Source: Parcubacteria group bacterium
Lineage (GTDB): Bacteria; Patescibacteriota; Patescibacteriia; Magasanikbacterales; GCA-002688135
Assembly: GCA_002688135.1 (NCBI GenBank)
Contig: NZCD01000031.1
Span: 4,544 to 68,543 of the forward strand
Direction: 5' to 3'
Length of the DNA: 64,000 nt
Shown: positions 11,271 through 21,073 of the stretch, one piece after another
How the letters are laid out: every line of letters begins with the position of its first letter
Position numbering within the stretch: position 1 is the stretch's first letter
Translations under genes and position numbers: made by a program
Notes under the pieces: model-generated
The model's database searches: none
Seen by the model: the letters and a program-made list of their open reading frames with translations, nothing else
Told to the model about the DNA's origin: nothing

Positions 11271-13490
11271 TTACTTATTAACCTTCACATTATCAATTCG
11301 ATACATCAATCCGGGATTGTAAGTGCCGGGTTGGATCGTGTAGGTAAACGTGACAACGCTCGAGTCTTTGGTAGGGTCTAGTGAAATGAATGTTCCCACG
11401 TCGTTTTCACTGCCACATGATCCATCAACAAGTACATCATCAACATACCAATGAAGATTGCCAACTCCACATGCAATTGTTCCCCAGCGCACAAACGAAA
11501 GCTTCGGATTTTCGCTATTGGGAATCGCAAGTTCAGGCGTCGTGACACTCAAAACTAAAGTTTCTGTAATTGTTGTTTCGGAAACGACCCATACACCCAA
11601 ATAGAAATTTGAGGCATCGCCATTCCACTCATCATCTGTGACATCAAAGATGATAGAGCCTTCAGTATTCTGATCAAAGTTCCAGTTATCTGGAGCTCCT
11701 TGCGTGAAGAACTCCTTGAACAAAACAACTCCAGCACATGATCCGTTTGTGCATTGATCGGTGACAGTATTCTCATCACCATCATCACAAGGCTTTATTG
11801 GACCGGTCTGATAGACACAACCCAAATCCGAGTCACAACTATCATTCGTGCATTGATTTTCATCGTTGCACGTTTTTGTGATACCAGTACAACTGCCGTT
11901 GAGTGAGCACGCATCGTTTGTTGTGCACGAATCTCCATCATCACACAAGGTGTTGGTTGGGGCTTGCGACTCAACACATGCGCCAGTACTTGGTACACAG
12001 CTGGTAACAAGACACTGTCCAATAGGATCGGTGCACTCAACAATAGTAGAAGGATCAATCTCGCATGTCCAAATCGCAGTAGATTTATCACACATGTATG
12101 AACCGTTACACAGATTCAGGTCGTTCTTAGCTGCGCAATCTGCGTTGCTCTCGCACTCACAGACTTGCTCGCCAGCACATGTACTGCCTGAACAAGCATC
12201 TTCGATGGTACAAGGGTCGCCATCATCACACGCATTTGTATTAGGTGTAAAAAGGCAGTCGCCATTTTGACACGAATCATTTGTGCACGAGTTAGCGTCA
12301 TAGCACTCGACATTACTGCCGACGCATTCGAGATCTTCATTGCATGTGTCATTTTCAGTACATGGCTCGCCATCATCACACGGCGCAAAAGATGGAATCG
12401 CTGTGCATCCCGAACTCATATTGCACGTATTCACTGTACAGTCGTCCCCATCATTACAAGAGGGATGATCTGCAGTAAATGTACAACCAACATCCTCTAC
12501 ACAAACATCATTCGTACATCCAATATCATCATTGCAGATTACAGGGGATGATGCGCACGCTCCTGTATCAGGAACGCATTTAACGTTTGTGCAGGTCAGG
12601 CTGTCATCACAGACAATCACACTCGTAGGATCAAGGGAGCAGTCTCCATCAACACAAGAAAGTGTTCCATTGCACAGGCTGTCATCCTCAAGCTCCAAGC
12701 AATCAGCGTCATCAAGACAGGGGCAGGTGATAGAATCACCAGTACACAATCCTGACACACACACATCATTTTCAGTGCAAGGATCACTATCATCGCACGA
12801 AGTTCCATCGTCCATTTTCTGTGGCTGGCAGGTCCCATCAGAAGGGCTACATACCGCAGTGAAACAAGGGAGAGTTGAGGTTGCTGAACAGTCGACGAAT
12901 GTATCATTAAAGACACAACTCGAATCGACGCAATTCCAAGTACCGTTACAAAGATTGTCGTCATCCAGTTTTTCGCAATCATCATCGATCACGCACTCTG
13001 GCTCAACAACATCCTCTGTATCAGTTTGCGTATCAGCTGTATCAGTACTCGAATCAATTTCGATATCTGACGAAACATCCACTGTATCATTCACAGCATC
13101 TCCGGTATCGTCCGCATCACTTGTGTCGCCGACATCATCCGTATCAACAGAGACATCTTCAGTGTCTGGCTCATCAATTTCATCTGTGGCATCGCCAGTA
13201 TCAACGGGAATATCAGCGTCATCAGACACCTCTTCCTGATCAATCTTACCCTCATCACCGTCAGCATCAGAGAAGATATCATTTGTATCCTCACCTTCAT
13301 CGCTAACACGAGGCGATTCATCGAGTGTGACTACGCTATCAACTGAGCGCGGCCCAAGTGTATCATTGCTCACAACCATCTGCGGACAGTCAGGATGATC
13401 CTGGTTTGAAGCACAAAAATCTGCCTGATTAAAATCCGTCTGACATGCGCACACCAAAAGCAGTGTGCTCACAAGACTTAGTCGCTGCAT
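11271..13490 (-). CDS. Secreted/lipoprotein-like acidic cysteine-rich repeat protein with a C-terminal beta-sandwich-like domain
   Basis: N-terminus MQRLSLVSTLLLVCACQ is lipobox-like. A ~100-aa D/E/T-rich low-complexity tract follows. At least 12 copies of the C-x-D-(D/G)-(D/E)-x-C-T-x-(N/D)-x-C and CNG...C modules are present. The C-terminal ~170 aa carry no Cys repeats. An AGGAGG RBS sits upstream. Confidence 0.55.
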   Translation of the reverse strand: MQRLSLVSTLLLVCACQTDFNQADFCASNQDHPDCPQMVVSNDTLGPRSVDSVVTLDESPRVSDEGEDTNDIFSDADGDEGKIDQEEVSDDADIPVDTGDATDEIDEPDTEDVSVDTDDVGDTSDADDTGDAVNDTVDVSSDIEIDSSTDTADTQTDTEDVVEPECVIDDDCEKLDDDNLCNGTWNCVDSSCVFNDTFVDCSATSTLPCFTAVCSPSDGTCQPQKMDDGTSCDDSDPCTENDVCVSGLCTGDSITCPCLDDADCLELEDDSLCNGTLSCVDGDCSLDPTSVIVCDDSLTCTNVKCVPDTGACASSPVICNDDIGCTNDVCVEDVGCTFTADHPSCNDGDDCTVNTCNMSSGCTAIPSFAPCDDGEPCTENDTCNEDLECVGSNVECYDANSCTNDSCQNGDCLFTPNTNACDDGDPCTIEDACSGSTCAGEQVCECESNADCAAKNDLNLCNGSYMCDKSTAIWTCEIDPSTIVECTDPIGQCLVTSCVPSTGACVESQAPTNTLCDDGDSCTTNDACSLNGSCTGITKTCNDENQCTNDSCDSDLGCVYQTGPIKPCDDGDENTVTDQCTNGSCAGVVLFKEFFTQGAPDNWNFDQNTEGSIIFDVTDDEWNGDASNFYLGVWVVSETTITETLVLSVTTPELAIPNSENPKLSFVRWGTIACGVGNLHWYVDDVLVDGSCGSENDVGTFISLDPTKDSSVVTFTYTIQPGTYNPGLMYRIDNVKVNK

Positions 13491-13587
13491 GAAGCACCTC
13501 CTTTTTAGGTAATTTAAAGACCGTTAGATGTCTGTAAAGTAGCACAGAAATGAGTGTTTGTCAAGATCAATCCACATACATATCAAC

Positions 13588-13602
13588 AATATATGCTATA
13601 CT
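13588..13602 (+). promoter_or_regulatory. Extended -10 element TGcTATACT within the conserved TATATGCTATACT motif
   Basis: Same 13-mer as at 2893-2906. It lies only 7 nt upstream of the ATG at 13610, implying leaderless or near-leaderless expression, or some other function for the motif. Confidence 0.3.
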
Positions 13603-13609
13603 ATCGTTC

Positions 13610-16192
13610 ATGCAGGACAACCCAAAAGAACAAGAAGATAAGCAAGAAGAGAGACCCAAAAACAAGGGTCTTCGTTTGTTGTATTTGGTTGGGGCAGCTT
13701 ATGTATTCGCTGCACTTCTCACCCCGCTGATAGTAATTCCTTCGAAATTTATTTTCCCTTTTATATTTCCTAAAGTTATATTCTTGCGTGTTGTGGTGAC
13801 TATTGCAGCAGCATGTATAGGGATTATTCTTATTTGGAACAAGCAACTGCGCTATAAACCAACGCTCATTCACGCGGCTGTTCTATTCTACATTCTCGCC
13901 CTAGGATTGTCTTCATATTTTGGAGTAGATCCTCATCGCTCATTTTGGGGTGGTCATGAGAGAATGCTGGGATTAATCTCTATAATGCATTACGCACTTT
14001 TCTTCTTCCTGTTGGGGTCAGCTGTGCGCGGGTGGAAAGGTGAAAGATTATCTGATTTTAAAATGTTTGGATGGTGCTCTTTATGGTGGGCATTCATTAT
14101 AATAAGTATTGCAATTTCAATTGTGGGACTAGCACAGAGATTTGGAGATGGAGTGCTATTTAATCAGGGCGGGGGGAGAGTCTTTTCAACACTTGGAAAT
14201 TTCATATACTTGGGAAACTTCATGGCGATCAGCATGATTATTGCCATAATGCTTTTTTTAATAGAAAGAAAAAGATTCAAAAAATTACTTCTTATAGTCG
14301 TGGCGGCTTTGAGCGGACTGCTTCTCATATACTCTGGAAGCAGGGGAGCATTACTCGGGTTAATAGCGGGGCTATTTATAACAGGTGTGATTGCAATACT
14401 AAAAGAAAAATCACAAATCAGAAAAATAGCAATAAAAATAATCGCAACCATCGCAATTTTATCAGGTATATTATGGCTCACTCCTGCAAATAAAATACTT
14501 CTCAAAATTCCAGGAGCAAGTCGATTGGCAGATATCACGAGCGATTCTGGGCCTCGTATTGCCGCGTGGAAAGCTTCTGTCGCAGCATGGAAGGAAAAAC
14601 CGTTATTTGGATGGGGTCATGAAAATTTCTATGCCGCATTCAACAAGCATCTCATTCCTGAATCTCTCACAAATTCCTACTACGAATCTTGGTTCGACAA
14701 TGCACATAACGTAATCTTTAATACACTTGCTACTGGAGGAGTCATCGGTATATTGGGATACTTTGGATTATATGTCGCAGCTCTAATTATGTTATGGAGG
14801 AGGAAGAGTGATGACCCAAAACAAAAAATAAAAATATACGCAGCATACGCACTGCTGTTAACAGACTTTTTTTCAAAAATGTTTGTATTTGATACTCCAA
14901 TATCATTTATTACATTATTTCTGACTCTCGCATTCATCCATGAAATAACACGAACAAAAAAAGTATACAGCGAAACAGCGCCAGCTGTTGATGGAAAAAA
15001 ATTAGGGATTAGCATTGCTTTGATCAGTGTAATTGCGCTATCATTTATTTTTGAAATAAATATCAAACCATCTCAAACTAATGCAGCCACACTCAAGATC
15101 CTGGCAGCACTACATCAACAAGGGCCGCGTAATGCAAAGCAACTCATCAGGGCATCGTATGAGTTTGAGACACCACATATCGCAGACATTAGGCTTGATA
15201 TCGGTAGAAAAGTACATGAGCGTTTACCATTCTGGAAACAAAAGTTTCCCAAAGGCGAATTAAAAGAGGTTGTCGAGCTCACGCTTAAAGGTTTGAATGA
15301 GGCTTATTCCAAGCAGCCAAACGAACTGCACATTGCATTAATAGAGCTTGACCTCGCGTCTTTCCTATTACCCGACCCGAAGTGGGAAACATTCATAGAT
15401 GAAAGGTTTACACAAATTATTAATCGATCCCCAAACAGGCAGCAGCTATACATTATTGCTGCAAATATATATGCCAAAAACGGAAAGACTGAAAAAGCAC
15501 TCTCACTAATTAATGAAGCAGTCCGAATAAATGAAGATGTGGGAAGGGTGTGGTGGGAACGAGGGAAGTTGCATTTCAATAGTGGGGACAAAGAGCAAGG
15601 GTGGGATGATATGTATGAGGGGATAATTGTGAGGCAATTTGTTCCAACAAATATACTAGATTTGGAATTAGCTTCACGGGTCATAAAAGAAAATAATTTT
15701 CATGAAACAGGGTTTGTTCAAAGATTGGTAAGCTCGATCAAGAATTCAGGTCAAAGAGTGCCTCCATACGTATATGTTACCGAGGCCCAGTTGTGGAAGA
15801 ATATTGGATATCATGAAAAGGCTCACGAACTCGCGGTTCAGATGAAGGCGCAGTATCCTGATGAGATCGAAACATTTAAAGAGCTTTTAGAAAAACCAGA
15901 GCATGTGATTACACACAAAGAAACACAAGAAACCTTCAATAGGTATATTGTGGAAAAAGGGGGCAGTTGGCATTATAGATATTTGGAAAAAATCGTATTT
16001 GCCGCAGGATACGCACAAGATGATGAGGCCTTTGAACGCATGAAACCGTATTTTGAAACCAACATTGAGGGAATAAATCCAGACGGATTTCTAAAATGTG
16101 TATTTGAAACTGGAAAATCAAAAAAACTGGCTACAGTGCCAGCACGATGGGACGACCATTGCCCACTTCCTAGAAACCAAAAAGCAGGATAA
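13610..16192 (+). CDS. Wzy_C-domain + TPR membrane protein, paralog 4
   Basis: YSGSRGALLGLIAGLFITGV and NAHNVIFNTLATGGVIGILGY motifs. C-terminal helical-repeat domain. The start is uncertain: the track gives 13550, and the ATG at 13610 was chosen because of the adjacent promoter motif. Confidence 0.6.
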   Translation: MQDNPKEQEDKQEERPKNKGLRLLYLVGAAYVFAALLTPLIVIPSKFIFPFIFPKVIFLRVVVTIAAACIGIILIWNKQLRYKPTLIHAAVLFYILALGLSSYFGVDPHRSFWGGHERMLGLISIMHYALFFFLLGSAVRGWKGERLSDFKMFGWCSLWWAFIIISIAISIVGLAQRFGDGVLFNQGGGRVFSTLGNFIYLGNFMAISMIIAIMLFLIERKRFKKLLLIVVAALSGLLLIYSGSRGALLGLIAGLFITGVIAILKEKSQIRKIAIKIIATIAILSGILWLTPANKILLKIPGASRLADITSDSGPRIAAWKASVAAWKEKPLFGWGHENFYAAFNKHLIPESLTNSYYESWFDNAHNVIFNTLATGGVIGILGYFGLYVAALIMLWRRKSDDPKQKIKIYAAYALLLTDFFSKMFVFDTPISFITLFLTLAFIHEITRTKKVYSETAPAVDGKKLGISIALISVIALSFIFEINIKPSQTNAATLKILAALHQQGPRNAKQLIRASYEFETPHIADIRLDIGRKVHERLPFWKQKFPKGELKEVVELTLKGLNEAYSKQPNELHIALIELDLASFLLPDPKWETFIDERFTQIINRSPNRQQLYIIAANIYAKNGKTEKALSLINEAVRINEDVGRVWWERGKLHFNSGDKEQGWDDMYEGIIVRQFVPTNILDLELASRVIKENNFHETGFVQRLVSSIKNSGQRVPPYVYVTEAQLWKNIGYHEKAHELAVQMKAQYPDEIETFKELLEKPEHVITHKETQETFNRYIVEKGGSWHYRYLEKIVFAAGYAQDDEAFERMKPYFETNIEGINPDGFLKCVFETGKSKKLATVPARWDDHCPLPRNQKAG

Positions 16193-16202
16193 TTATAACA
16201 GT

Positions 16203-17486
16203 TTAAAGTAAATCCTGATAAACTTTATCAACCGCTTCAATCATTTTTGAGGCGGTAAGTTTTTTTGTAACATGCTCATGGGCAGCTTTTGCTAATTCAG
16301 AGGATAATGTTTCATGATGCATTAACTCGAGAATATGTTCCGCTAGTTGTATCGCATTGCCAGGCTCGACCAAAATCGCTGTCTTTCTGTTTTCCAAAAT
16401 TTCAGGAATCGCACCAACAGAAGAAGCTACGATAGGAACACCAGCAGACATGGCTTCGAGCAATACAAATGGAATTCCTTCCTTAAGAGATGGTAAAACA
16501 AACAAATCAAATGCTCGCAGATATTTATATGCATCAGGAACTGCTCCAGCCAAAAAAACGAAATCATTAAGCGCTCGCATTGCAATATCTTCAGTCAGCT
16601 CGCCTCGCAACATGCCATCCCCAATAATCACAGACTGAACATACGCATCATACTTCGTGTCATCAATTTGATCATTGACCATCCCAATAGCTTCAACCAA
16701 ATGAGTTAGTCCCTTGTTCGGGTATAAATTAGCCACCGTTCCAACCCAGAAATTTTTTTTATTTAAAAGCTTCGGCGGCTGCATTCGATGCAATTTTCGA
16801 TATATAAAATGCCGAGCTTCTTCGCGAGATAAAAAATCAGACACAGGAATATCAACTCCATTATTGATAATATAAATCTTTTTCTTAGGCATGATGCCGT
16901 GCTCATACGCTAAATCCTTATCAACTCTCGAAAGCACAATAATCGCATCCTTCATTTTGCTCGTGAATCTTTCTGCCCAAATATAAAACCACCGCTTCAG
17001 CCACGAAATTTTCTCAGTAAACACCCACCCATGTGCAGTGTATACGACTTTTGGGCGATAACCACCCTTTTTTTTGTAACGTCTGCCAATTTTTGCAGCA
17101 GCCATTGAACCTAACACGCTCATTTTTGAAGCATGTAGATGAATGATGTCTGGGCGAAGACGCTCAATCAATTTCACAATCTCGTGATAACCAACAGGAT
17201 CATAAAGTGGTGAAATTGAGCGAACAACATGCTTAAGTTCAACTGTCTCAATCCCAGCATTTGCAGCACGAACCAACAACTCTTTTGAAATAGAAATCTG
17301 ACCACTCGCAATAATAGTACGATAGCGATCAGATAATCCAGTCGCGACATCAAAAACATATTTCTGTGCACCACCAAATTCCGCTTGCGTGATGATGTGC
17401 AATACAATTGGCTTATTCTCCTTAGAAGACATATGTGTATAGTTTGTGGTGAGTAGTGCGTAGTGAGTAGTAAATGTATCCAACAA
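16203..17486 (-). CDS. Glycosyltransferase family 4 (GT-B, retaining)
   Basis: C-terminal EX7E-type motif EGIPFVLLEAMSAGVPIVASSVGAIPEIL. The N-terminal GT4 acceptor domain spans the first ~180 aa. Confidence 0.8.
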   Translation of the reverse strand: MLDTFTTHYALLTTNYTHMSSKENKPIVLHIITQAEFGGAQKYVFDVATGLSDRYRTIIASGQISISKELLVRAANAGIETVELKHVVRSISPLYDPVGYHEIVKLIERLRPDIIHLHASKMSVLGSMAAAKIGRRYKKKGGYRPKVVYTAHGWVFTEKISWLKRWFYIWAERFTSKMKDAIIVLSRVDKDLAYEHGIMPKKKIYIINNGVDIPVSDFLSREEARHFIYRKLHRMQPPKLLNKKNFWVGTVANLYPNKGLTHLVEAIGMVNDQIDDTKYDAYVQSVIIGDGMLRGELTEDIAMRALNDFVFLAGAVPDAYKYLRAFDLFVLPSLKEGIPFVLLEAMSAGVPIVASSVGAIPEILENRKTAILVEPGNAIQLAEHILELMHHETLSSELAKAAHEHVTKKLTASKMIEAVDKVYQDLL

Positions 17487-17550
17487 AGTTCGATGTATTA
17501 ATAGGTCGCCTTCGGCGACACATTACTACTCACTACAAACTACAAACTAC
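17438..17550. repeat. Family-A hairpin element (GTAGTGAGTAGTAA / TTACTACTCACTAC arms) with nested UUCG-loop hairpin GTCGCC-ttcg-GGCGAC
   Basis: Imperfect ~30-bp inverted arms flank a ~45-nt loop, in the gap between two minus-strand genes. Confidence 0.6.
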
Positions 17551-17557
17551 CCACTAA

Positions 17558-18544
17558 CTAAGCTAACTCTTTATCCTTGACCTCTTCTGTAACACCAGCA
17601 AACTCTCGTTGCCATGCAATAGCCTTTTTGATTCCTTCTGGAAGTGTGGTAGTAGGTTCAAACCCAAGTAACTCTCGTGCTTCAGAAATATCAGCAATAT
17701 AATATGTAATTTCTCCAGGGCGAGTGGGTTCAATAATAGGATTGATTGTTTTTCCTAAATTCTCCGCAATGAAATTCGCCATTTGAACCAAAGTATAACC
17801 AGATCCACATGCCAGGTTCATGGTTTTATTAACAACACGTTTTGAAGTGAGTGCATCAATACCCTTCACAAGCCCCTGAACTGTGTCATCAACAAACGTG
17901 AAATCAAGTGTTTTTTCAGCACCGAAAATAGTAATCTGTTCGTCCTTCCCGATCTTATTGATGAATAACGGAATCACTCGCTCCATGCGTTCAATATCAT
18001 TATCATATCTTCCATAAACATTTGAAAAGCGAAATACTATGTAAGGAATGTCATAACATTGAGCATATGAATAAATCAGAGATTCACCAGAAACTTTACT
18101 TGCCGAATACGTACTTTCTGTAAAAACGAAATCTGCAGCAGGTTCTTTAATTTCCGTACGAGATGTATCGAACCGATTGATATCTCCGTAAACCTCACGA
18201 GAGCTTCCAAAAATAATTGGTACATTATTCGCACGGCAATACTCCAACACATTGAAAGTAAGAATAATATTATCCAAAGCTCGTTGAGGATCTTCAACCA
18301 ACTCATGTACTTTCGCATTAGCAGCCAAATGAACCACAACATCAGGCTTAGGATAACTTGCTGCTCCAATCCCACCAACAAAGTTATGAAAGCGCTGTGA
18401 CAAATCCTGAAGTAACGTAGGAATACGATCTGTCCATGTGTTCATGCGTTTATCAACACCAAAAACACGATCTCCACGATCGAGTAATTTTAGACCTAAA
18501 TTTGTACCAATTTCACCGCTAGAACCTGTAATAAGGACATTCAT
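17558..18544 (-). CDS. NAD-dependent sugar-nucleotide epimerase/dehydratase (extended SDR; UDP-glucose 4-epimerase-like)
   Basis: MNVLITGSSGEIGTNLG (Rossmann GxxGxxG) and YSASK (YxxxK). The track ORF extends 30 codons further upstream (to 18634) through repeat element A2, so the ATG at 18544 was chosen. Confidence 0.8.
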   Translation of the reverse strand: MNVLITGSSGEIGTNLGLKLLDRGDRVFGVDKRMNTWTDRIPTLLQDLSQRFHNFVGGIGAASYPKPDVVVHLAANAKVHELVEDPQRALDNIILTFNVLEYCRANNVPIIFGSSREVYGDINRFDTSRTEIKEPAADFVFTESTYSASKVSGESLIYSYAQCYDIPYIVFRFSNVYGRYDNDIERMERVIPLFINKIGKDEQITIFGAEKTLDFTFVDDTVQGLVKGIDALTSKRVVNKTMNLACGSGYTLVQMANFIAENLGKTINPIIEPTRPGEITYYIADISEARELLGFEPTTTLPEGIKKAIAWQREFAGVTEEVKDKELA

Positions 18545-18548
18545 ATAA

Positions 18549-18667
18549 TATGAGTAAAGCGTAATGAGTAACGCGTAATGAGGGGATTGTATCGGCGCAG
18601 CCGATGTACTAATATGTCGCTTCTGGCGACTCATTGCCCGAGTTACGCATTACGAGTTACGTATTAC
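18549..18667. repeat. Family-A hairpin element (CGTAATGAGTAACGCGTAATGAG / CTCATT..CGCATTACGAGTTACG arms) with two nested small hairpins
   Basis: Inverted GTAATGAG-type arms. Inner hairpins ATCGGC-gca-GCCGAT and GTCGC-ttctg-GCGAC. Lies in the divergent region between the 17558 (-) and 18708 (+) genes. Confidence 0.6.
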
Positions 18668-18707
18668 GAACAATAGTTGACTTTTAACTAACTTTACACC
18701 ATAATAC

Positions 18708-21026
18708 GTGCAAACTGCGAATAACGCAAGTAATTCTATGGCCAAAAAACCTGTACATGTAGCCATTTTATCAACATTCTACGATCCCTTCATGTCAGGG
18801 GCGGAAATGTGTGTTGAGCAAATCGTCAATCGTTTGGGTCGTAAAGATTCCCATGCATTTACTATTATCACAGCTCGATTGTCAAGAGATCTGCCTCGAG
18901 TCGATAATCGTGGGCGATATGTCATTATTCGTGTCGGGTTAGGATTCAAATTTGATAAATGGCTTTTCCCATTACTTGCGCCTTTCAAAACACTCAAACT
19001 AAAACCAGATATCATTCATGCAGTCATGGAAAGTTATGCAGGAATCGCACTGTGGTTTATCGGAATGTTCTCACGACGATCACGAAGAATACTCACATTG
19101 CAAAGTGGAGATCTCGACGACAAAGCTGCAAAAGGAATGATCCCTGCATGGCTTTGGAAAAAAATTCATACATCCCCAAATCGAATCACCGCGATTTCTC
19201 ATTTTCTTGCTGCTCGAGCTTCACAGCTTGGCGCACGTCATATAGACATTATCCCAAATGGAGTAGAGATGGGGAAGTTGGAGTTCATCAAGAAATCAAA
19301 AAATCTAGAAAGCGAAAAATCAAAGAATATGATTGCGGCAGTTGCACGACTATCTCCAGAGAAGGGGATTATGGATTTGGTGACATCATTTAAAAAAATC
19401 TCGCAAGAAATTCCAGATGCAACATTACATCTCGTAGGAGATGGTGCTCAAAGACGTGAAACAGAAGTACTCATAGAATCTTTGGGATTAAAAAACAAAG
19501 TAACATTGTATGGTCGACTACCTCATGAGGAAGCCATGGCCGTGCTGGCAGGAGCAACAGTTGCAGTAGTTCCATCTCATGGCGAAGGACTTGGAATCGC
19601 AGCACTCGAAGCATTTGCTCTGGGAGTTCCTGTTGTTGCGAGTAATGTCGGTGGAATCCCAGATGTTGTTATTCATGAGCACACTGGTTTGCTGTGCACA
19701 CCAAAAAATACAGATGAATTCGCAGATGCAATTACAAGAATGCTTCATGAAGAAGAGTTAAGAAAAAAGTACGCAAAAAACGCAAAGGAGTTAATCAAGA
19801 ATTTTGAATGGTCAACTATCGCAAAACAATTTCGAAATACATACGATGAAATGATGCAGCCAAAAGTTCTAATCGCCACAGGAATTTTTCCTCCAGATCC
19901 AGGAGGTCCTGCAACATATGTCGCAGCAATTGCATCAGAGTTATCAGAGCGCAGCGTACAAACACGCATCGTATCATTTGGTGAATCAGACACAAAAAAA
20001 TTCGATGGAAATACTACGATAAGATTGATAGATCGAAATCGTCCCATGCTTGTGCGATATTTCAAATATACACGAGCGCTCAAAAAAGCTGCACGAACCG
20101 CAGATCTCATCTACGTACAAGATTCCATGTCCACCGGATTACCTGCTCGAATCGTACAACTATTCGTACGCAGACCACTCATTTTGAAAGTAGTTGGAGA
20201 TCCTGCATGGGAGCGAGCTCGCAACTATGGAGAATGTGATGACATACTCGATGAATTTGAAAACAAACGATATGGATTCAAAGTAGAACTAGTGCGCATG
20301 CTTTCGCGCTGGGTTGCACGCGGAGCACATACAATCATCACTCCAAGTCACTATCTCAAAGGTATCATTACAAAATGGGGAGTAGATAGTGAAAAGATAA
20401 AAGTAGTTTACAACGCCGCACATCTTCCAGAAAAAGCAGAAGTAATTGAAGATTGGCCAGAAGGACCGGTAGTATTGTATGTCGGAAGATTGGTGCCGTG
20501 GAAAGGTATAGACAAAATAATGAATGTATTGGAGCCACTCTCACGAGAAATAAACAACGTCCAATGCGTGATAGTTGGTGATGGTCCGATGCGAGAAGAT
20601 CTCAAGCAAATTACAGTCGCAAAAAAAATCGATCAACGCGTACACTTCATGGGCGCACGACCACACGCACAAGTTGCGTGGGCGATGAAACAATCTCACG
20701 TATTTGTTTTGTATAGCGACTATGAAGGATTGCCTCATGTGCTCATCGAAGCACAATTTTCAAAGTTGCCGATCGTCGCATCGCGCGCCGGCGGAAACGT
20801 AGAGGTAGTCGAACACAAAAAAAGTGGATTACTCGTAGATCTCAATGACAATCTATCGTTATTAAAATCAATTCGAATGATGATTAAAGAACGAGAATTG
20901 GCAAACATTCTTGCACAAACCGCTCACAGTCAAACAGAACGGTTTTCTCGCGAAACTATGATGAATGATACGATTGCATTACTAAAACAAACATATGGAT
21001 CGACAACTAAAAAATCGTCGCGTTAG
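18708..21026 (+). CDS. Tandem GT4-GT4 two-module glycosyltransferase
   Basis: Two complete GT4 units. Unit 1 ends with GEGLGIAALEAFALGVPVVASNVGGIPDVV (aa ~290-320). Unit 2 carries EGLPHVLIEAQFSKLPIVASRAGGNVEVV (aa ~680-710). The start could instead be the MAKKPVHVA at 18738. Confidence 0.8.
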   Translation: MQTANNASNSMAKKPVHVAILSTFYDPFMSGAEMCVEQIVNRLGRKDSHAFTIITARLSRDLPRVDNRGRYVIIRVGLGFKFDKWLFPLLAPFKTLKLKPDIIHAVMESYAGIALWFIGMFSRRSRRILTLQSGDLDDKAAKGMIPAWLWKKIHTSPNRITAISHFLAARASQLGARHIDIIPNGVEMGKLEFIKKSKNLESEKSKNMIAAVARLSPEKGIMDLVTSFKKISQEIPDATLHLVGDGAQRRETEVLIESLGLKNKVTLYGRLPHEEAMAVLAGATVAVVPSHGEGLGIAALEAFALGVPVVASNVGGIPDVVIHEHTGLLCTPKNTDEFADAITRMLHEEELRKKYAKNAKELIKNFEWSTIAKQFRNTYDEMMQPKVLIATGIFPPDPGGPATYVAAIASELSERSVQTRIVSFGESDTKKFDGNTTIRLIDRNRPMLVRYFKYTRALKKAARTADLIYVQDSMSTGLPARIVQLFVRRPLILKVVGDPAWERARNYGECDDILDEFENKRYGFKVELVRMLSRWVARGAHTIITPSHYLKGIITKWGVDSEKIKVVYNAAHLPEKAEVIEDWPEGPVVLYVGRLVPWKGIDKIMNVLEPLSREINNVQCVIVGDGPMREDLKQITVAKKIDQRVHFMGARPHAQVAWAMKQSHVFVLYSDYEGLPHVLIEAQFSKLPIVASRAGGNVEVVEHKKSGLLVDLNDNLSLLKSIRMMIKERELANILAQTAHSQTERFSRETMMNDTIALLKQTYGSTTKKSSR

Positions 21027-21073
21027 CTACACATTAATTTTGCATTTTTCGCTTTTAATTTTAATCTTGAAAC

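Noticed and set aside
13121-13306. 61-aa His/Gln/Arg-rich ORF (and several other 60-235-aa ORFs at 11866-13239) antisense to the Cys-rich lipoprotein gene
   Set aside because: Low-complexity reading of the reverse strand of the D/E/T-rich and Cys-repeat coding region. They are fully contained in a much better-supported gene.
18544-18634. N-terminal 30-codon extension of the epimerase ORF (MSRQKRHISTSAAPIQSPHYALLITLYSYY)
   Set aside because: The extension is encoded by hairpin element A2. The Rossmann motif begins right after the internal Met (MNVLITGSSG), so the shorter start is preferred. Similar trimming was applied at 26616, 30155-31657, 33444, 54480, 56011 and 61734.
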